From an uncultured Chloroflexia bacterium (GTDB lineage: Bacteria > Chloroflexota > Limnocylindria > Limnocylindrales > CSP1-4), in contig CAVYIM010000009.1 in NCBI GenBank assembly GCA_963768655.1, positions 96,001 through 160,000 of the forward strand: a stretch of DNA of 64,000 bases. The letters are read 5' to 3'. The notes below the pieces were generated by a model. That model saw only the letters and a list, made by a program, of their open reading frames with translations. It was not told the DNA's origin and ran no database searches. This document shows, piece by piece, positions 27,565-38,329 of this stretch (positions are counted from its first letter, which is position 1; the number at the start of each line of letters is the position of its first letter). The position numbers and the translations under genes are program-made.

Positions 27565-28842
27565 CTAGCGGTCGAAGATGCGGGCGACCTCGCGCAGGCC
27601 GACTGCCAGCGCGTCGATCTCCTCTGGGACGGTGTAGACGTTGAAGCTCGCCCGGGCCGTGGCCGCGAGGTCGAACCGTTCGTGGAGTGGCATCGTGCAG
27701 TGGTGACCGGCGCGGACGCAGATCCCGGAGCGGTCGAGTATCTGGGCCACGTCGTGGGGGTGGATGCCCGGCAGGTTGAACGACACGACCCCGCCTCGGA
27801 GCTCCGCGGCCGGGCCGTACAGCTCGATGCCGGGGACCTCGCGGCGTAGCACGTCCAGGGTGTAGCGAGCCATCTCCTGCTCGTGGACTCGCACCGCCTC
27901 CATGCCTAGGCCCATCAGATACTCCGCCGCCGCGCCCATCCCGATCTGGGCGGCGATGTCGGGCGTGCCCGCCTCGAACTTGTACGGGACCTCGTTCCAC
28001 TCGGAGCGGCGTAGATGAACCTCGCGGATCATGTCTCCGCCGGCCATGAACGGCGGCATCGCCTCGAGCAGCTCGCGGCGAGCCCACAGCGCCCCAGAGC
28101 CGGTGGGGCCGAGCATCTTGTGACCGCTGAAGACGTAGAAGTCGGCGCCGATCTCCTGCACGTCGACCGGCATGTGCGGGACCGCCTGCGCGCCGTCGAT
28201 CAGAACCAGGGCGCCGGCGGCGTGGGCCATCTCGGTCATCTCACGGACCGGATTGACGGTTCCGAGCATGTTCGAGACGTGGGTGAAGGCGACCAGCTTG
28301 GGCCGCAAGTGCAGCAGAACCTCGTAGACCTCGAGGCGCAGGACGCCGTCGTCCGTGATGGGGACGAACTCCAGGTCGCCGTCCATTTCCTGGACGACGA
28401 GCTGCCAGGGCACGAGATTGGCGTGGTGTTCCATCTCGGTCAGGACGATCGTGTCGCCGCGGCCGATGTTGTGCCGGCCCCACGAATACGCCACCAGGTT
28501 GATGGCCTCCGTCGCGTTGCGGACGAAGACGATCTCGTTGGGATTCGGGGCGTTGATGAGGCGAGCGATCTTGACTCGGGTTCCTTCGTAGGCGCCGGTG
28601 GCGCGCTCCGCCAGCTCGTAGATGCCGCGGTGGATGTTCGAGCTGTACTCCCGGTTGTAGGCGTCCACGGCTTCGATGACGGCGCGCGGCTTGAGGCTCG
28701 TGGCGGCCGAGTCGAGGTAGACGAGCGGCTTGCCGAAGCGGTTCGACGTCGACAGGATCGGGAAGTCGACGCGAAGGCGGTAGGGATCGAGGCGGGCTGG
28801 CGCCGCCTGGCTCATGGGCCCGGTTGTCGCGAGGTCGGCCAT
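27565..28842 (-). CDS. sufS: Cysteine desulfurase, SufS family
   Basis: YLDSAATS, EMEHHAN, SGHKMLGPTG, FEAGTP, VRAGHHCT. Confidence 0.96.
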   Translation of the reverse strand: MADLATTGPMSQAAPARLDPYRLRVDFPILSTSNRFGKPLVYLDSAATSLKPRAVIEAVDAYNREYSSNIHRGIYELAERATGAYEGTRVKIARLINAPNPNEIVFVRNATEAINLVAYSWGRHNIGRGDTIVLTEMEHHANLVPWQLVVQEMDGDLEFVPITDDGVLRLEVYEVLLHLRPKLVAFTHVSNMLGTVNPVREMTEMAHAAGALVLIDGAQAVPHMPVDVQEIGADFYVFSGHKMLGPTGSGALWARRELLEAMPPFMAGGDMIREVHLRRSEWNEVPYKFEAGTPDIAAQIGMGAAAEYLMGLGMEAVRVHEQEMARYTLDVLRREVPGIELYGPAAELRGGVVSFNLPGIHPHDVAQILDRSGICVRAGHHCTMPLHERFDLAATARASFNVYTVPEEIDALAVGLREVARIFDR

Positions 28843-28856
28843 TCGATCGCCCCGCC

Positions 28857-29723
28857 CTAGTGGGCGGCCCCCATCGCTGGTTCGGCGGCCTCCGGCGCCT
28901 CATCGCCGATCTCGCCCTCCAGGCCGGCCTCGGCGAGGATCGGCGCGTAGCCCTCCTCCTCCAACCGCAGCGCGAGGTCCTTGCCGCCGCTGGTGATGAT
29001 CCGGCCGGCCGCCAGAACGTGGACGGTGTCCGGCGTGATGTAGTTGAGCAGGCGCTGGTAGTGGGTGATCACCAACACGCCCATGTTCGGGTTCAGCATG
29101 GCGTTCACGCCCTCGGCCACGATGCGCAGGGCGTCGATGTCCAGGCCCGAGTCCGTTTCGTCGAGGATCGCCATCTCGGGCTCCAAGACGGCCATCTGGA
29201 GCATCTCCAGGCGCTTCTTCTCGCCGCCCGAGAAGCCCTCGTTGACGTAGCGCGCCGCGATCGACTCGTCCATCTTGAGCAGCGCCATCTTCTCGCGGAC
29301 GATCTTGCGGAACTCGCCCATCGGGATGCCGCCCCGGTAGGCGTCGGTCGGGTCGACGTTCGGGTCCGGGTTGAGGCCGGCACGGTGGGCGTTGATCGCC
29401 GACCGCAGGAAGCTCGCCACCGATAGGCCGGGGATCGCCATCGGGTACTGGAAGGCGAGGAACATGCCCAGCCGGGCGCGCTTGTCGGCGGACAGCTTGA
29501 GCAGGTCGTGGCCCTTCCAGAGCACCTCGCCCGACCGGACGATGTAGGCGGGGTGGCCCATCAGCGCATAGGCGAGCGTGGTCTTGCCCGAGCCGTTGGG
29601 ACCCATGATGGCGTGGACCTCGCCCTTGCCGACGGCCAGCTCGATCCCCTTGAGGATCTCGTGGTCCGGATTTGCGACTGGCGCGACGTGCAGGTCGTGG
29701 ATGACGAGATCTTGGTCGCTCAC
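28857..29723 (-). CDS. sufC: Fe-S cluster assembly ATPase SufC
   Basis: GPNGSGKT, FLAFQYP, NEGFSGGEKKR, LDETDSGLDIDAL, ITHYQRLL. Confidence 0.96.
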   Translation of the reverse strand: MSDQDLVIHDLHVAPVANPDHEILKGIELAVGKGEVHAIMGPNGSGKTTLAYALMGHPAYIVRSGEVLWKGHDLLKLSADKRARLGMFLAFQYPMAIPGLSVASFLRSAINAHRAGLNPDPNVDPTDAYRGGIPMGEFRKIVREKMALLKMDESIAARYVNEGFSGGEKKRLEMLQMAVLEPEMAILDETDSGLDIDALRIVAEGVNAMLNPNMGVLVITHYQRLLNYITPDTVHVLAAGRIITSGGKDLALRLEEEGYAPILAEAGLEGEIGDEAPEAAEPAMGAAH

Positions 29724-30229
29724 GTTGAGGGGTGTGCTCCTTGGGTCGGATGCGGCGCCGGCAGGCTGACTGCCGCCAGATGCGCCGACGCGGGTACCAG
29801 ATCTGCCAGGGTCATCGACTCGAGGGCGCCGGCGATGGCGTCCCGAACCCTGACCCACATGAAGTTGACGGTGCAGTAGCCGGCTCGCGCGCAGATGTTG
29901 TGGGCGGGGTCGTCGGTCACGCAGATCATCGGCGCGATCGGGCCCTCGAGAGCGCGAAGAACCTCGCCCATGCGAATCTCGCCGGGCGGGCGGGTGAGCT
30001 CGTAGCCACCGTGGGCGCCACGGGTGCTGTGCACCAGCTCGGCGTCTCGAAGGCTGATGACGAGCTGCTCCAGGTAGGCCCGCGGCAGGGCCTCCTGTTC
30101 GGCGATCTCGGTCAGGCTGGCCGGCCCAAGACCGTAGCGCTGGGCGAGCTGCGCCATGAGGCGCACGCCGTATTCGCCCTTCGTGGAGAAGGAGACGGCG
30201 CCGGTGCTGTGGTACGTCCGCGTGGCCAG
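29720..30229 (-). CDS. Rrf2-family (IscR-like) transcriptional regulator; start uncertain
   Basis: STKGEYGVR, YLEQL..LVHSTRGAHGGYEL, C-x8-C-x5-C Fe-S ligands. Confidence 0.9.
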   Translation of the reverse strand: MATRTYHSTGAVSFSTKGEYGVRLMAQLAQRYGLGPASLTEIAEQEALPRAYLEQLVISLRDAELVHSTRGAHGGYELTRPPGEIRMGEVLRALEGPIAPMICVTDDPAHNICARAGYCTVNFMWVRVRDAIAGALESMTLADLVPASAHLAAVSLPAPHPTQGAHPST

Positions 30230-30280
30230 CTTGATGCTCCCGGGCGACGCTCGGCCGGGCCGGCGGGACTCGCAGGCTAA

Positions 30281-30310
30281 TTCCGACCTAAACCGTCGGA
30301 AATGAGTATA
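30281..30310 (-). promoter_or_regulatory. Putative Rrf2 operator TTCCGAC-N7-GTCGGAA just downstream of -10 TATACT
   Basis: Perfect 7-bp inverted repeat 30281-30301; AGTATA 30305-30310 reads TATACT on minus strand. Confidence 0.7.
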
Positions 30311-30537
30311 GGAGCGCGGCCGCGGAGCGTCAACGACGGGCGGGGAGTGCCGGCGACTGTGAACGGGACGGCGACGCGAGACGGGACGGCGCAGTGGCCG
30401 GACGGCACAGTGGCCGGACGGGTCCGAGACTCGGCGAGCGGTCGAGACCCAAATGCCCCCAATCAGCCGAGCGGTCTCGGGCCCTATCCTGCAAGCGCAT
30501 GTTCCAGCTTGCAGCAGCCCATTCCGCGGGCTCGCAG

Positions 30538-31680
30538 TCAACGCGAGAAGTCGCGTTCCTCGAAATTGGTCACGGTGAGCGTCTGCTCTTGTCCCGTGTC
30601 CTGGATCTCAATGCCTCCGGTCCAGCCGGTGGCGGGCAGATCGGTTGTGGTGTCGGTGAAGTCGGTAATCTTCTGGCCATCGAGGAAGAGTATTAGCCGC
30701 GTCGTCTGCCCATCGTCGAGCGTCGCGCAGACGCCCTCGATCGTCAGGCGAGCGGGTCCCGGATTGATGGGGATCGAGCCTTCCTGGAGGCCCTTTGGGT
30801 AGAACCCCAAGGTACGCTTCTGAATGATCGCGTGTTCGTACGAAGTCACCAGGAACTCGTAGCTGACGGCTGATCTGCCGATGCCGCGCGAGCATTCGAC
30901 TCCGAATCCGTTGCCGGTGGCGGCCGTCGCCGACTCACTCGCAGTCACACTCACGGACAGTTGGGAGACTGGCTCCAAGTACGGCGAGTCGACGTAGTAG
31001 TCGTTACTGCCGTCGGTGGTTATCTCGTAACCGCCTCCACCGTACTGGATGCTCTCGCCGAACATGGGCGTGCCTGTGACCCAGCCCGCAGTCATGGAGT
31101 GGAAGTCGTCGGAGAAGACCGGGGAGCCGTCGGAAGGCACGGATGGCGAACTCGCAGCCATGCTCGTAGGTCTGGATGAGGGGCCGTTGCTCCCGAGTAT
31201 GAGCGGCTGCGACATCAGGACGGCACCGGCCACGAGGACGGGCACCAGCCCCAGGACGACGAGGCCTCGACGGTTGCGCACCGACGTCCGGGCGGGTTCA
31301 GGCGAACATGAAACTCCGGCGGGCTGCCAGGCAGGAAGAGGCGACGCGGGCAGAGTCTGGGGTGGTGGCGGATACGAAGGCCGGGCGAAGCCGGGTGGAG
31401 GCGGCCCGGACCAGTATGCGGGCGGCCAGGACGAATGGGGGGTCAACGGCCAACTGGGAGGCGGCGCCGAAGGGAAGGCAGGTGAAGTCGGCTGGCCCTG
31501 GGGTCGATAGAGGCTCTGACAGGGCGGCAGGTTCTGAGAGGGCGGGAGCGCGACGGTCGGAGGCATCCCATCCGCGGACCCGAAGCCGGGCGAAGTCGTC
31601 GCATCGGCTTTCGAGGGAGCGTCCGGGCCGGCGGTATTGTCCTGCCTCTCGTCCCTCATCGCCCGCATCCCATCCCGCAC
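30538..31680 (-). CDS. Single-pass membrane protein, Pro-rich N-terminus, extracytoplasmic beta-rich (ConA-like?) domain
   Basis: Pro-rich region, TM GLVVLGLVPVLVAGAVLM, VFSDDF..GW start and LFLDGQKI..GGI..VTNF end. Confidence 0.6.
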   Translation of the reverse strand: MRDGMRAMRDERQDNTAGPDAPSKADATTSPGFGSADGMPPTVALPPSQNLPPCQSLYRPQGQPTSPAFPSAPPPSWPLTPHSSWPPAYWSGPPPPGFARPSYPPPPQTLPASPLPAWQPAGVSCSPEPARTSVRNRRGLVVLGLVPVLVAGAVLMSQPLILGSNGPSSRPTSMAASSPSVPSDGSPVFSDDFHSMTAGWVTGTPMFGESIQYGGGGYEITTDGSNDYYVDSPYLEPVSQLSVSVTASESATAATGNGFGVECSRGIGRSAVSYEFLVTSYEHAIIQKRTLGFYPKGLQEGSIPINPGPARLTIEGVCATLDDGQTTRLILFLDGQKITDFTDTTTDLPATGWTGGIEIQDTGQEQTLTVTNFEERDFSR

Positions 31681-31944
31681 GGCATGCGGGAATCATACGC
31701 ACCCAGGCGCTGGTCTGCGGCAGCTGGGGGCATTGCAGCGAATGAGGGCCCGCTTCCCGGCAGTCATATCCCAACCCCAGTCAGTACCAGGCTATTTCCC
31801 CGTTGACCTGCCGCGGCGCGCGATGTACGGTCGGCGTCTGTGTCGAGGCGGGCAGGTTCCTGCCCTCTCGACAGGACGTCAGCTGTGGGAACGGTCGCCG
31901 GGATGGCGCGACAGCCCACTTAGGAACTCGACGGGAGGAGTCGG

Positions 31945-34900
31945 ATGAGACGTCGCGCATTCACCGTCCTGGCCATCGCGGCCCTTGTCTGTGGGGCGCT
32001 GGCCCCAACCGCAGCGGTCGCCGCAGGTTCGACGGCCGCTCGGTTCCAACGGCTCAACGTGGGCAAGATCGACCCACAGCTGCTGCCGGCGCTAATCGAC
32101 CCGAACCGCGTCATGGACGTCATGGTCCAGCTGGCCGATGAACCGGTTGCCAGCCACGTCGGCGATGCCAAAGACAACGGCACGACCGTGACCGCCTCCC
32201 AGAAGAACAGCTGGCGGACTCAGATCCAGGCCACGCAGACGCCCGTCGTCAATGCGGTCCGCAAGTTCGGCGGCGTCGTCATCAGCCAGATGCAGGATGC
32301 GTACAACGGCATCCACGTCCACGTTAAGGCCGCCGACCTCACCACCCTCGCCTCGATGTCGGGCGTCGACCGGCATCCACCTGATCCCGGTCTACAAGCC
32401 GGCCCTGACCGAGAGCGTGCCGTACGTCGGCGCGCCGCAGGCCTGGACCTCGAGCGGCTACACCGGTGCCGGCGTCAAGATCGCGATCATCGACACCGGC
32501 ATCGACTACTACCACGCCGACTTCGGCGGCTCGGGCAATCCGGCCGACTACACGTACGGCCTGGCCAACGACACGACGCTGCCCGGCCACGAATGCCGAA
32601 CGGCAAGCGTGGCGTTCCCGAGCGCCAAGATTCCGGTGGGCTACGACTTCGTCGGCGATGACTACGATGCCAGCGCCGCGGCGGGCTCCCCAGATCTACA
32701 TTCCGCATCCGGACGCCAACCCGCTCGACTGCAACAGCCACGGCACCCACACCGCCAGCACGCTCGCCGGGCATGGGCGTCCTCGAGGACGGCTCGACCT
32801 ACACCGGGCCGTACAACTCGTCGAGCTACGGATCGCACGGACTTCAAGATCGGCCCCGGCGTTGCGCCTGAAGCCCGCTCTACATCTACCGCGTCTTCGG
32901 CTGCACCGGCACGACTGACGTCGTGACCGAGGCCATCAACCAGGCCGTCAAGGACGGCGCGAACGTCATCAGCATGTCGCTCGGCTCCGACTTCGGCACC
33001 TCCGACACGCCCGATGCGATCGCCGCCGACAACGCCTCGCGCGCGGGCGTGGTGGTCGTCGCCGCCTGCGGCAACGAGGGCACCAGCGCCTACATGACGA
33101 GCACGCCGGCCTCGAGCAGCCGCGCGATCTCGGTCGCCGCGCATCGACTCCAACGCCACCTTCCCCGGCGCCACGATCGGAATCGGCGGCGGCATCGCCG
33201 CGCTCGACGCCAACAACGGGCCGCTCCCGGTAACGGGCCAGCTCGATGTCCTGATGTCGGGCGGCACCATCTCTCTCGGCTGCGACGCCTCCGACTACAC
33301 GGACTCGTCCGGCGAACTCGGTCGTGACCGGAAAGATCGTGGTCACTGTACGAGGCAGCTGCGCACGGGTCCAGCGCGCCGAGTCGGCCAACAGTACGGC
33401 GCCGCGGCCGTCATCATGGTCAACACCAGCGCCGGCCTGCCGCCCTTCGAAGGCCCGATCCCCGGGCGTGACGATCCCGTTCATCGGGGTCGAGGCCGCC
33501 GACGCCAGCGCTCTGGAGGGTGCTGACGGAACCACCGTCACCATCTCGTCCGCCGGCCTGCTGGCCAACCCCACGTACAAGGACCTGGCCAGCTTCTCGT
33601 CCTGGGGCCCGCGCTTCGGCGACAGCGCCCTCAAGCCTGACAGTCACCGCTCCCGGCGTGAGCATCGTCGCCGCAGGCATGGGCACCGGGCGACGACGTT
33701 CTCGTCGACTCGGGCACCTCCATGGCCACGCCGCACGTCGCCGGCGTCGCCGCCCTCGTCATCGCCGCGCACCCGGACTGGACGGTGAACGAGGTCAAGG
33801 CCGCGATCATGAGCACCGCGGACGACATCGTCGGCCAAGATCCTCGGCTACGACCCGCTCGGCGCCGGCTCCGGCGTGGTTCAGGCGCAGCTGGCCACGA
33901 CCACGGCCGCGATCGCTCTGACCCGCGACCAGCCTCGACAGCCTGGCGTTCGGACAACGTCGCCCTCGACGGCGCCTACTCTGCCGTCCGAGACCTTCAC
34001 GATCGACAACAAGGGCTCCAGGTCGATCACCTACAACCTGGCGGCCAGCTTCATCGGCGGCTCGGCCGGGGCGAAGGTCAAGGTCGTTCCGTCCAAGGTC
34101 ACGGTTCCGGCTCACCAGTCGCGCACGTCGCCGTGACGCTGTCCATGTCCTCCTCGGCGGTCGCGGCGCTGCCGACGGCCGACACTTCGGCGGGATGGGC
34201 CCGGCGCCGTCCTGACGGTGGAGGGCGTGGTGACGGCCACGCCGACCGCTTCCGGCACGGGCGTCTACCCGCTCCACATTCCGTTCCTGCTCGTGCCCCG
34301 CGGCGTCTCGCAGGTCGTCGCCGGGCCGCCCGTCGCCGTACAAGGTGACCGACGGCGTGGCCAACGCCAACGTCAGCTGCGGAACAAGGGCATTCACGAC
34401 GGCACTGCCGACGTCTACACGTGGGGCATCTACGACAAGGACCACACCAAGGGCATCGCCAGCATCCGGGCCGTCGGCGTGCAGTCGCTGCCGGCTGCGT
34501 CCTGCGACGTGTCGATCCCGACACGGACCGGCTGCATGGTCTTCGCCGATCAACGGCTGGCACCAGTGGTCCAACGCCGCGGCGCGCCGAGTACGACATC
34601 GCCATCGACACCAACGGCGACGGCAATGCCGGACTACTTCGTCGTCGGCGCTCGACTCGGCTACTACTCACCGGTGCGTTCGACGGCATCGAGGCCTCGT
34701 TCGTTACACCTTCGATGCCTCCGGCGCTCTCGTCGACGCCTTGTACCGCGGATGCGCCGATGAACGGCTCGGTCATCGAGCTGCCGGCCCTCGCCAGCGA
34801 CATGGGCATCACCGCCGCGGCGCCGAGCTTCACCTACTCGATCACCGGCTTGGACCTGAATCACCGGCACATCGACGCGGTGCCCGGCACCGCGAAGTTA

Positions 34901-35099
34901 CAACGCCTTCACCCCGAGCGTCTCGAACGGCCAGTTCGTCTCGCTCGCGTCGGGCGCGTCGGCCACGCTGCCGCTCAGCGTCAACCCGGCCCTCCAGGAG
35001 ACGGCCCCGGCCCTCGGCTGGATGGTCGTCAGCCTGGACAACCCGAACGGGGCCGCTCAGGCGGCGCTGATCCCGGTTGGGAAGATGCCCAAGCAGTAG
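31945..35099 (+). pseudogene. Secreted S8 (subtilisin/Vpr-like) serine protease with PA domain, broken by many frameshifts
   Basis: Signal peptide; IDTGID, HGTHTAS and [11 protein letters not shown] catalytic motifs spread over different frames; FSSWGP, KPD; ends AAGCAGTAG. Confidence 0.8.
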
Positions 35100-35120
35100 C
35101 CCGAACCCGCACCAATGAGC

Positions 35121-35152
35121 AGCGGCCCGCCCGGTTCTCCGGGCGGGCCGCT
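35121..35152 (+). terminator. Hairpin terminator after S8 gene
   Basis: agcggcccgcccgg-ttct-ccgggcgggccgct. Confidence 0.7.
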
Positions 35153-35357
35153 TCCGTGTCCGCCCTGATTCGCGGGCGAGTCTGCACTCGCCGCTCAGGC
35201 CCCGGACCGAACCCGGAACCGGCCGGCGGGGTCTAACTGGTGACGTTGCACGCCCGCGATGCGCGCACCAGTGCGCTTCTCGAAACCGCCCGTCCTACTA
35301 CGGCCGAAGCATTAACATGAGCGGGCAATTCCAGGCTGGCTTTCGGAGATCAACGGC

Positions 35358-37139
35358 GTGTCGTACGACGTCATCGGCAAGATGGGGCGAGTCACTGCGG
35401 ACATCACTCCGGGGCATCTCGGAGAGGTGATGATCGAGGTGCGGGCGGGGACGGAGAGGTTTCTCGCTCGCGCATCCGATCCTGAGGCGACGATCAAGAA
35501 ATACACTCAGGTTCTGGTGGTCGGCAGTCTGAGCGGCCGGACAGTTGAGGTGGAACCGACCGATACACGTGAGGCTTCCGCGATGACTGATTCTCAGACG
35601 ACTCTGCTCGTTGTCGGAGTCGCCGCGCTCATTGTCGTGCTCGTGCTCGTCATCCTGCTCAGGTCCTCCTGGCGGATCGCGGAGCCGGACGAGGCCCTGA
35701 TCATCTCCGGCATCGCGCACGGAAAGTCGCCGGCGAACGTGGCCGGCGAGAGCATGCGGTTCAAGATCATGACCGGCGGCGGAACGATCGTCATGCCCGG
35801 CCTGTCCAAGGTCCGCGCTCTCTCTCTGATGGCTCACGAGAGCGAGATCTCCGTCCCGTGCGTCAGCCAGCAGAAGATCCGCCTGGACCTGCGTGGCGTC
35901 ATCGTCTACAAGGTCGGCGACGACTACCGCTCGATCGCCAACGCCGCCCGCCGCTTCCTGGATCGCCCGGCAGCGGAGCTCGAGTCCAAGGTCCAGAACG
36001 TCTTCGTCGGCCATCTGCGCGCCATCGCCGGCTCGATGACCGTCGAGGAGATGATCAGCGACCAGGACAAGTTCGCCCAGCAGGTCCGCGATCGCTGCAC
36101 GAGCGAGATGGAGTCGTTCGGCCTCGTCATCGACAGCTTCCAGATCCAGGCCATCACCAGCCCCAGCAACTACATCGAGAACCTGGCCGTGCCGCACCAG
36201 GCTGAGGTCGAGCAGAACGCCCGCATCGCGCGCGCCCAGGCCGACCAGGCCGCCGTCGCCCAGGAGCAGACCGCCCAGGCGCAGATCGCCGAGTCGATCC
36301 GGGGCACCGAGATCAAGAAGGCCGGCTTCCAGGCCGAGATCGACCGCGCCCAGAAGCAGGCCGCCCAGCAGGGCCCACTCGCCGAGGCCCAGGCGCGCCA
36401 GGCTGTCGTCGAGCAGGAAACCCGCGTCGCCGAGCTGCAGGCGCAGCAGAAGGAGCAGCAGCTCCAGGTAGACGTCCGCAAGCCGGCCGACGCCGAGGCC
36501 TACCGCCAGACCACACTCGCCACGGCAGGACGCGACGTCCGCATCCGCCAGGCGGAGGCCGCCGCCCAGGAAGTCCGTCTCGCCGCCGAGGCCCAGGCTG
36601 CCGCGGTGAAGGTCCAGGCCGAGGCCCAGGCCAACGCCACGCGACTCAATGGCCAGGCCGACGGCGACGCCATCAAGGCCCGCGGCCTCGCCGAGGCGGA
36701 CGCGATCAGGGCTCGCACCCAGGCCGAGGCGGCCGGCATCGAGAGCCGCGCCGCGGCCCTGAGCCAGAACCAGGAAGCGGTCATCGCCCAGCAGATCGCC
36801 CAGACCATGCCCGACATCGTTCGCGCGGCGGCTTCGCCGTTCGAGCACGTCGGACAGTTCACGGTCCTCAACGGCGCCCAGGGCGTGACGGCCGCGCTGG
36901 CGGAGGTCATCCAGCAGGCCGGGGCGCTTGCGGCCGTGGCCCGCAAGACGCTCACCCCGGCTCTCATTGCCGCTGGTGACCAGAACGGCCCCGACGGCAA
37001 CGGCTCGAAGGCGACCGCCGGCCCGAAGCCGGCCGCGGCTGCCAAGGCTGTGGCGCCAGTGGCCGCAAAACCGGCTCCGGCCCCCAAGCAGGACGCCGCT
37101 CCTGCGGCGAGCCCAAAGCCCGCCGGCCAGGCCAAGTAG
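35358..37139 (+). CDS. Flotillin/SPFH protein, in frame with N-terminal NfeD-like OB domain (internal ATG 35583)
   Basis: GKMGRVT..GEVMIEVRAG..VLVV..VEV (NfeD C-like); TM; PDEALIISG, GHLRAIAGSMTVEE, EAEA-rich coiled coil. Confidence 0.88.
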   Translation: MSYDVIGKMGRVTADITPGHLGEVMIEVRAGTERFLARASDPEATIKKYTQVLVVGSLSGRTVEVEPTDTREASAMTDSQTTLLVVGVAALIVVLVLVILLRSSWRIAEPDEALIISGIAHGKSPANVAGESMRFKIMTGGGTIVMPGLSKVRALSLMAHESEISVPCVSQQKIRLDLRGVIVYKVGDDYRSIANAARRFLDRPAAELESKVQNVFVGHLRAIAGSMTVEEMISDQDKFAQQVRDRCTSEMESFGLVIDSFQIQAITSPSNYIENLAVPHQAEVEQNARIARAQADQAAVAQEQTAQAQIAESIRGTEIKKAGFQAEIDRAQKQAAQQGPLAEAQARQAVVEQETRVAELQAQQKEQQLQVDVRKPADAEAYRQTTLATAGRDVRIRQAEAAAQEVRLAAEAQAAAVKVQAEAQANATRLNGQADGDAIKARGLAEADAIRARTQAEAAGIESRAAALSQNQEAVIAQQIAQTMPDIVRAAASPFEHVGQFTVLNGAQGVTAALAEVIQQAGALAAVARKTLTPALIAAGDQNGPDGNGSKATAGPKPAAAAKAVAPVAAKPAPAPKQDAAPAASPKPAGQAK

Positions 37140-37164
37140 AACTGGAAGGCGCCGCTGGCGCGCC

Positions 37165-38280
37165 ATGAGTGAAACCGGAAACCGATCGGACCCGGCGTCT
37201 CCCGCCGGGTCCGGTGAATCCTGGGCGGCCGATCCCGCCCAGGCGCAGAAGATCGAGCGGACCGTCGCCGAGTACGTCGAGACCGTGGCGTCGCTGGATC
37301 CGGGCGGCCAGAAGTTCCTGCGGGCGGTTGCTTCGATCGATCGACTAGGCCAGCGCGAGTTCAGCGCGGCCGCGGCCATGAGCGACCGGATGCTGCAGAG
37401 GCGCCTCGACTCGGCGCGCGGGCTGCTCGCAGCCAGGGCTCCGCTGGCCCACCAGCTGGCCGAGCTGCGCAAGCTCGTCGACGAGCTGAGTCCAGCCCGG
37501 CTGGAGGATGGACACCGGCGATCTCGAGGACCGTTCGGGCTGGGGTCGCCGCGCGACGAGACGGACGACCTGGCCGACTACTTCGAGCACTTTGCGCGTT
37601 CCCAGGACCGCGTCGAGGCGATCCTGCAGACCCTCGCCGAGGGGCGCCTCGCGCTCGAGCGGGACAACGCGCTGCTTGGCCAGGAGCGGCTCTCGCTGGC
37701 TACCGTGATGGAATCGCTCCGCGAGAATGCCTATCTGACCGGCCGGCTCGACGAGGCGCTTACGGCCCAGATCGAGGCCATCGCCCGGACAGACCCCGAG
37801 CGAGCCGACCGCCTGCGCGCCGACCTCCTGCATGCGATCCGGCGGCGCCGCCAGGAGATCCTGACCCAGCTCGCGGTCACGACCCAGGGATATGCCTCGC
37901 TTCGGATCGTCGAGGACGGCAACGAGGGAATGGTTCGGGCTCTCGCAACGGCGACGACCACCACGGCTGCCGCGCTGCGCACGGCGGTGATGGTGGCCCA
38001 GGCCGTCGCCGGCCAGCGCATGGCCGCGCAGCAGATGGAGGCCGCCGCCGCGGCCGCCGGCGACCTTGCCGACGACTCCAGCGCCCTCCTGGAGCGACAG
38101 TCGGCCACCGTGAGAGACGGATTGGACCGGGCGGGAGAGCATGTGGCGATGCTCCGACGGGCCTGGGGCGAGGTCTTCGCGGCGCTCGATCGCGTCGACG
38201 CCGAGAAGGAGCAAGCTCTGCGGGCGATCGCCTCGGCAAGCCGGTCTGGGGGTCAGTCAGGGTCGGCGGCCGGGGACTGA
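37165..38280 (+). CDS. Toxic anion resistance protein (TelA/KlaB-like)
   Basis: LAELRKLVDELSP, YFEHFARSQDRVEAILQTL..LERDN, QLAVTTQGY, ALRTAVMVAQA. Confidence 0.75.
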   Translation: MSETGNRSDPASPAGSGESWAADPAQAQKIERTVAEYVETVASLDPGGQKFLRAVASIDRLGQREFSAAAAMSDRMLQRRLDSARGLLAARAPLAHQLAELRKLVDELSPARLEDGHRRSRGPFGLGSPRDETDDLADYFEHFARSQDRVEAILQTLAEGRLALERDNALLGQERLSLATVMESLRENAYLTGRLDEALTAQIEAIARTDPERADRLRADLLHAIRRRRQEILTQLAVTTQGYASLRIVEDGNEGMVRALATATTTTAAALRTAVMVAQAVAGQRMAAQQMEAAAAAAGDLADDSSALLERQSATVRDGLDRAGEHVAMLRRAWGEVFAALDRVDAEKEQALRAIASASRSGGQSGSAAGD

Positions 38281-38329
38281 GAGGGGCGGCCGTCGCTGCT
38301 CGTGCCGGATCGCCGCCCCGGCCCGGCCG

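Noticed and set aside
35281-35320. ECF-sigma promoter upstream of the flotillin locus
   Set aside because: GAAAC is present but there is no convincing -10 at the expected spacing.
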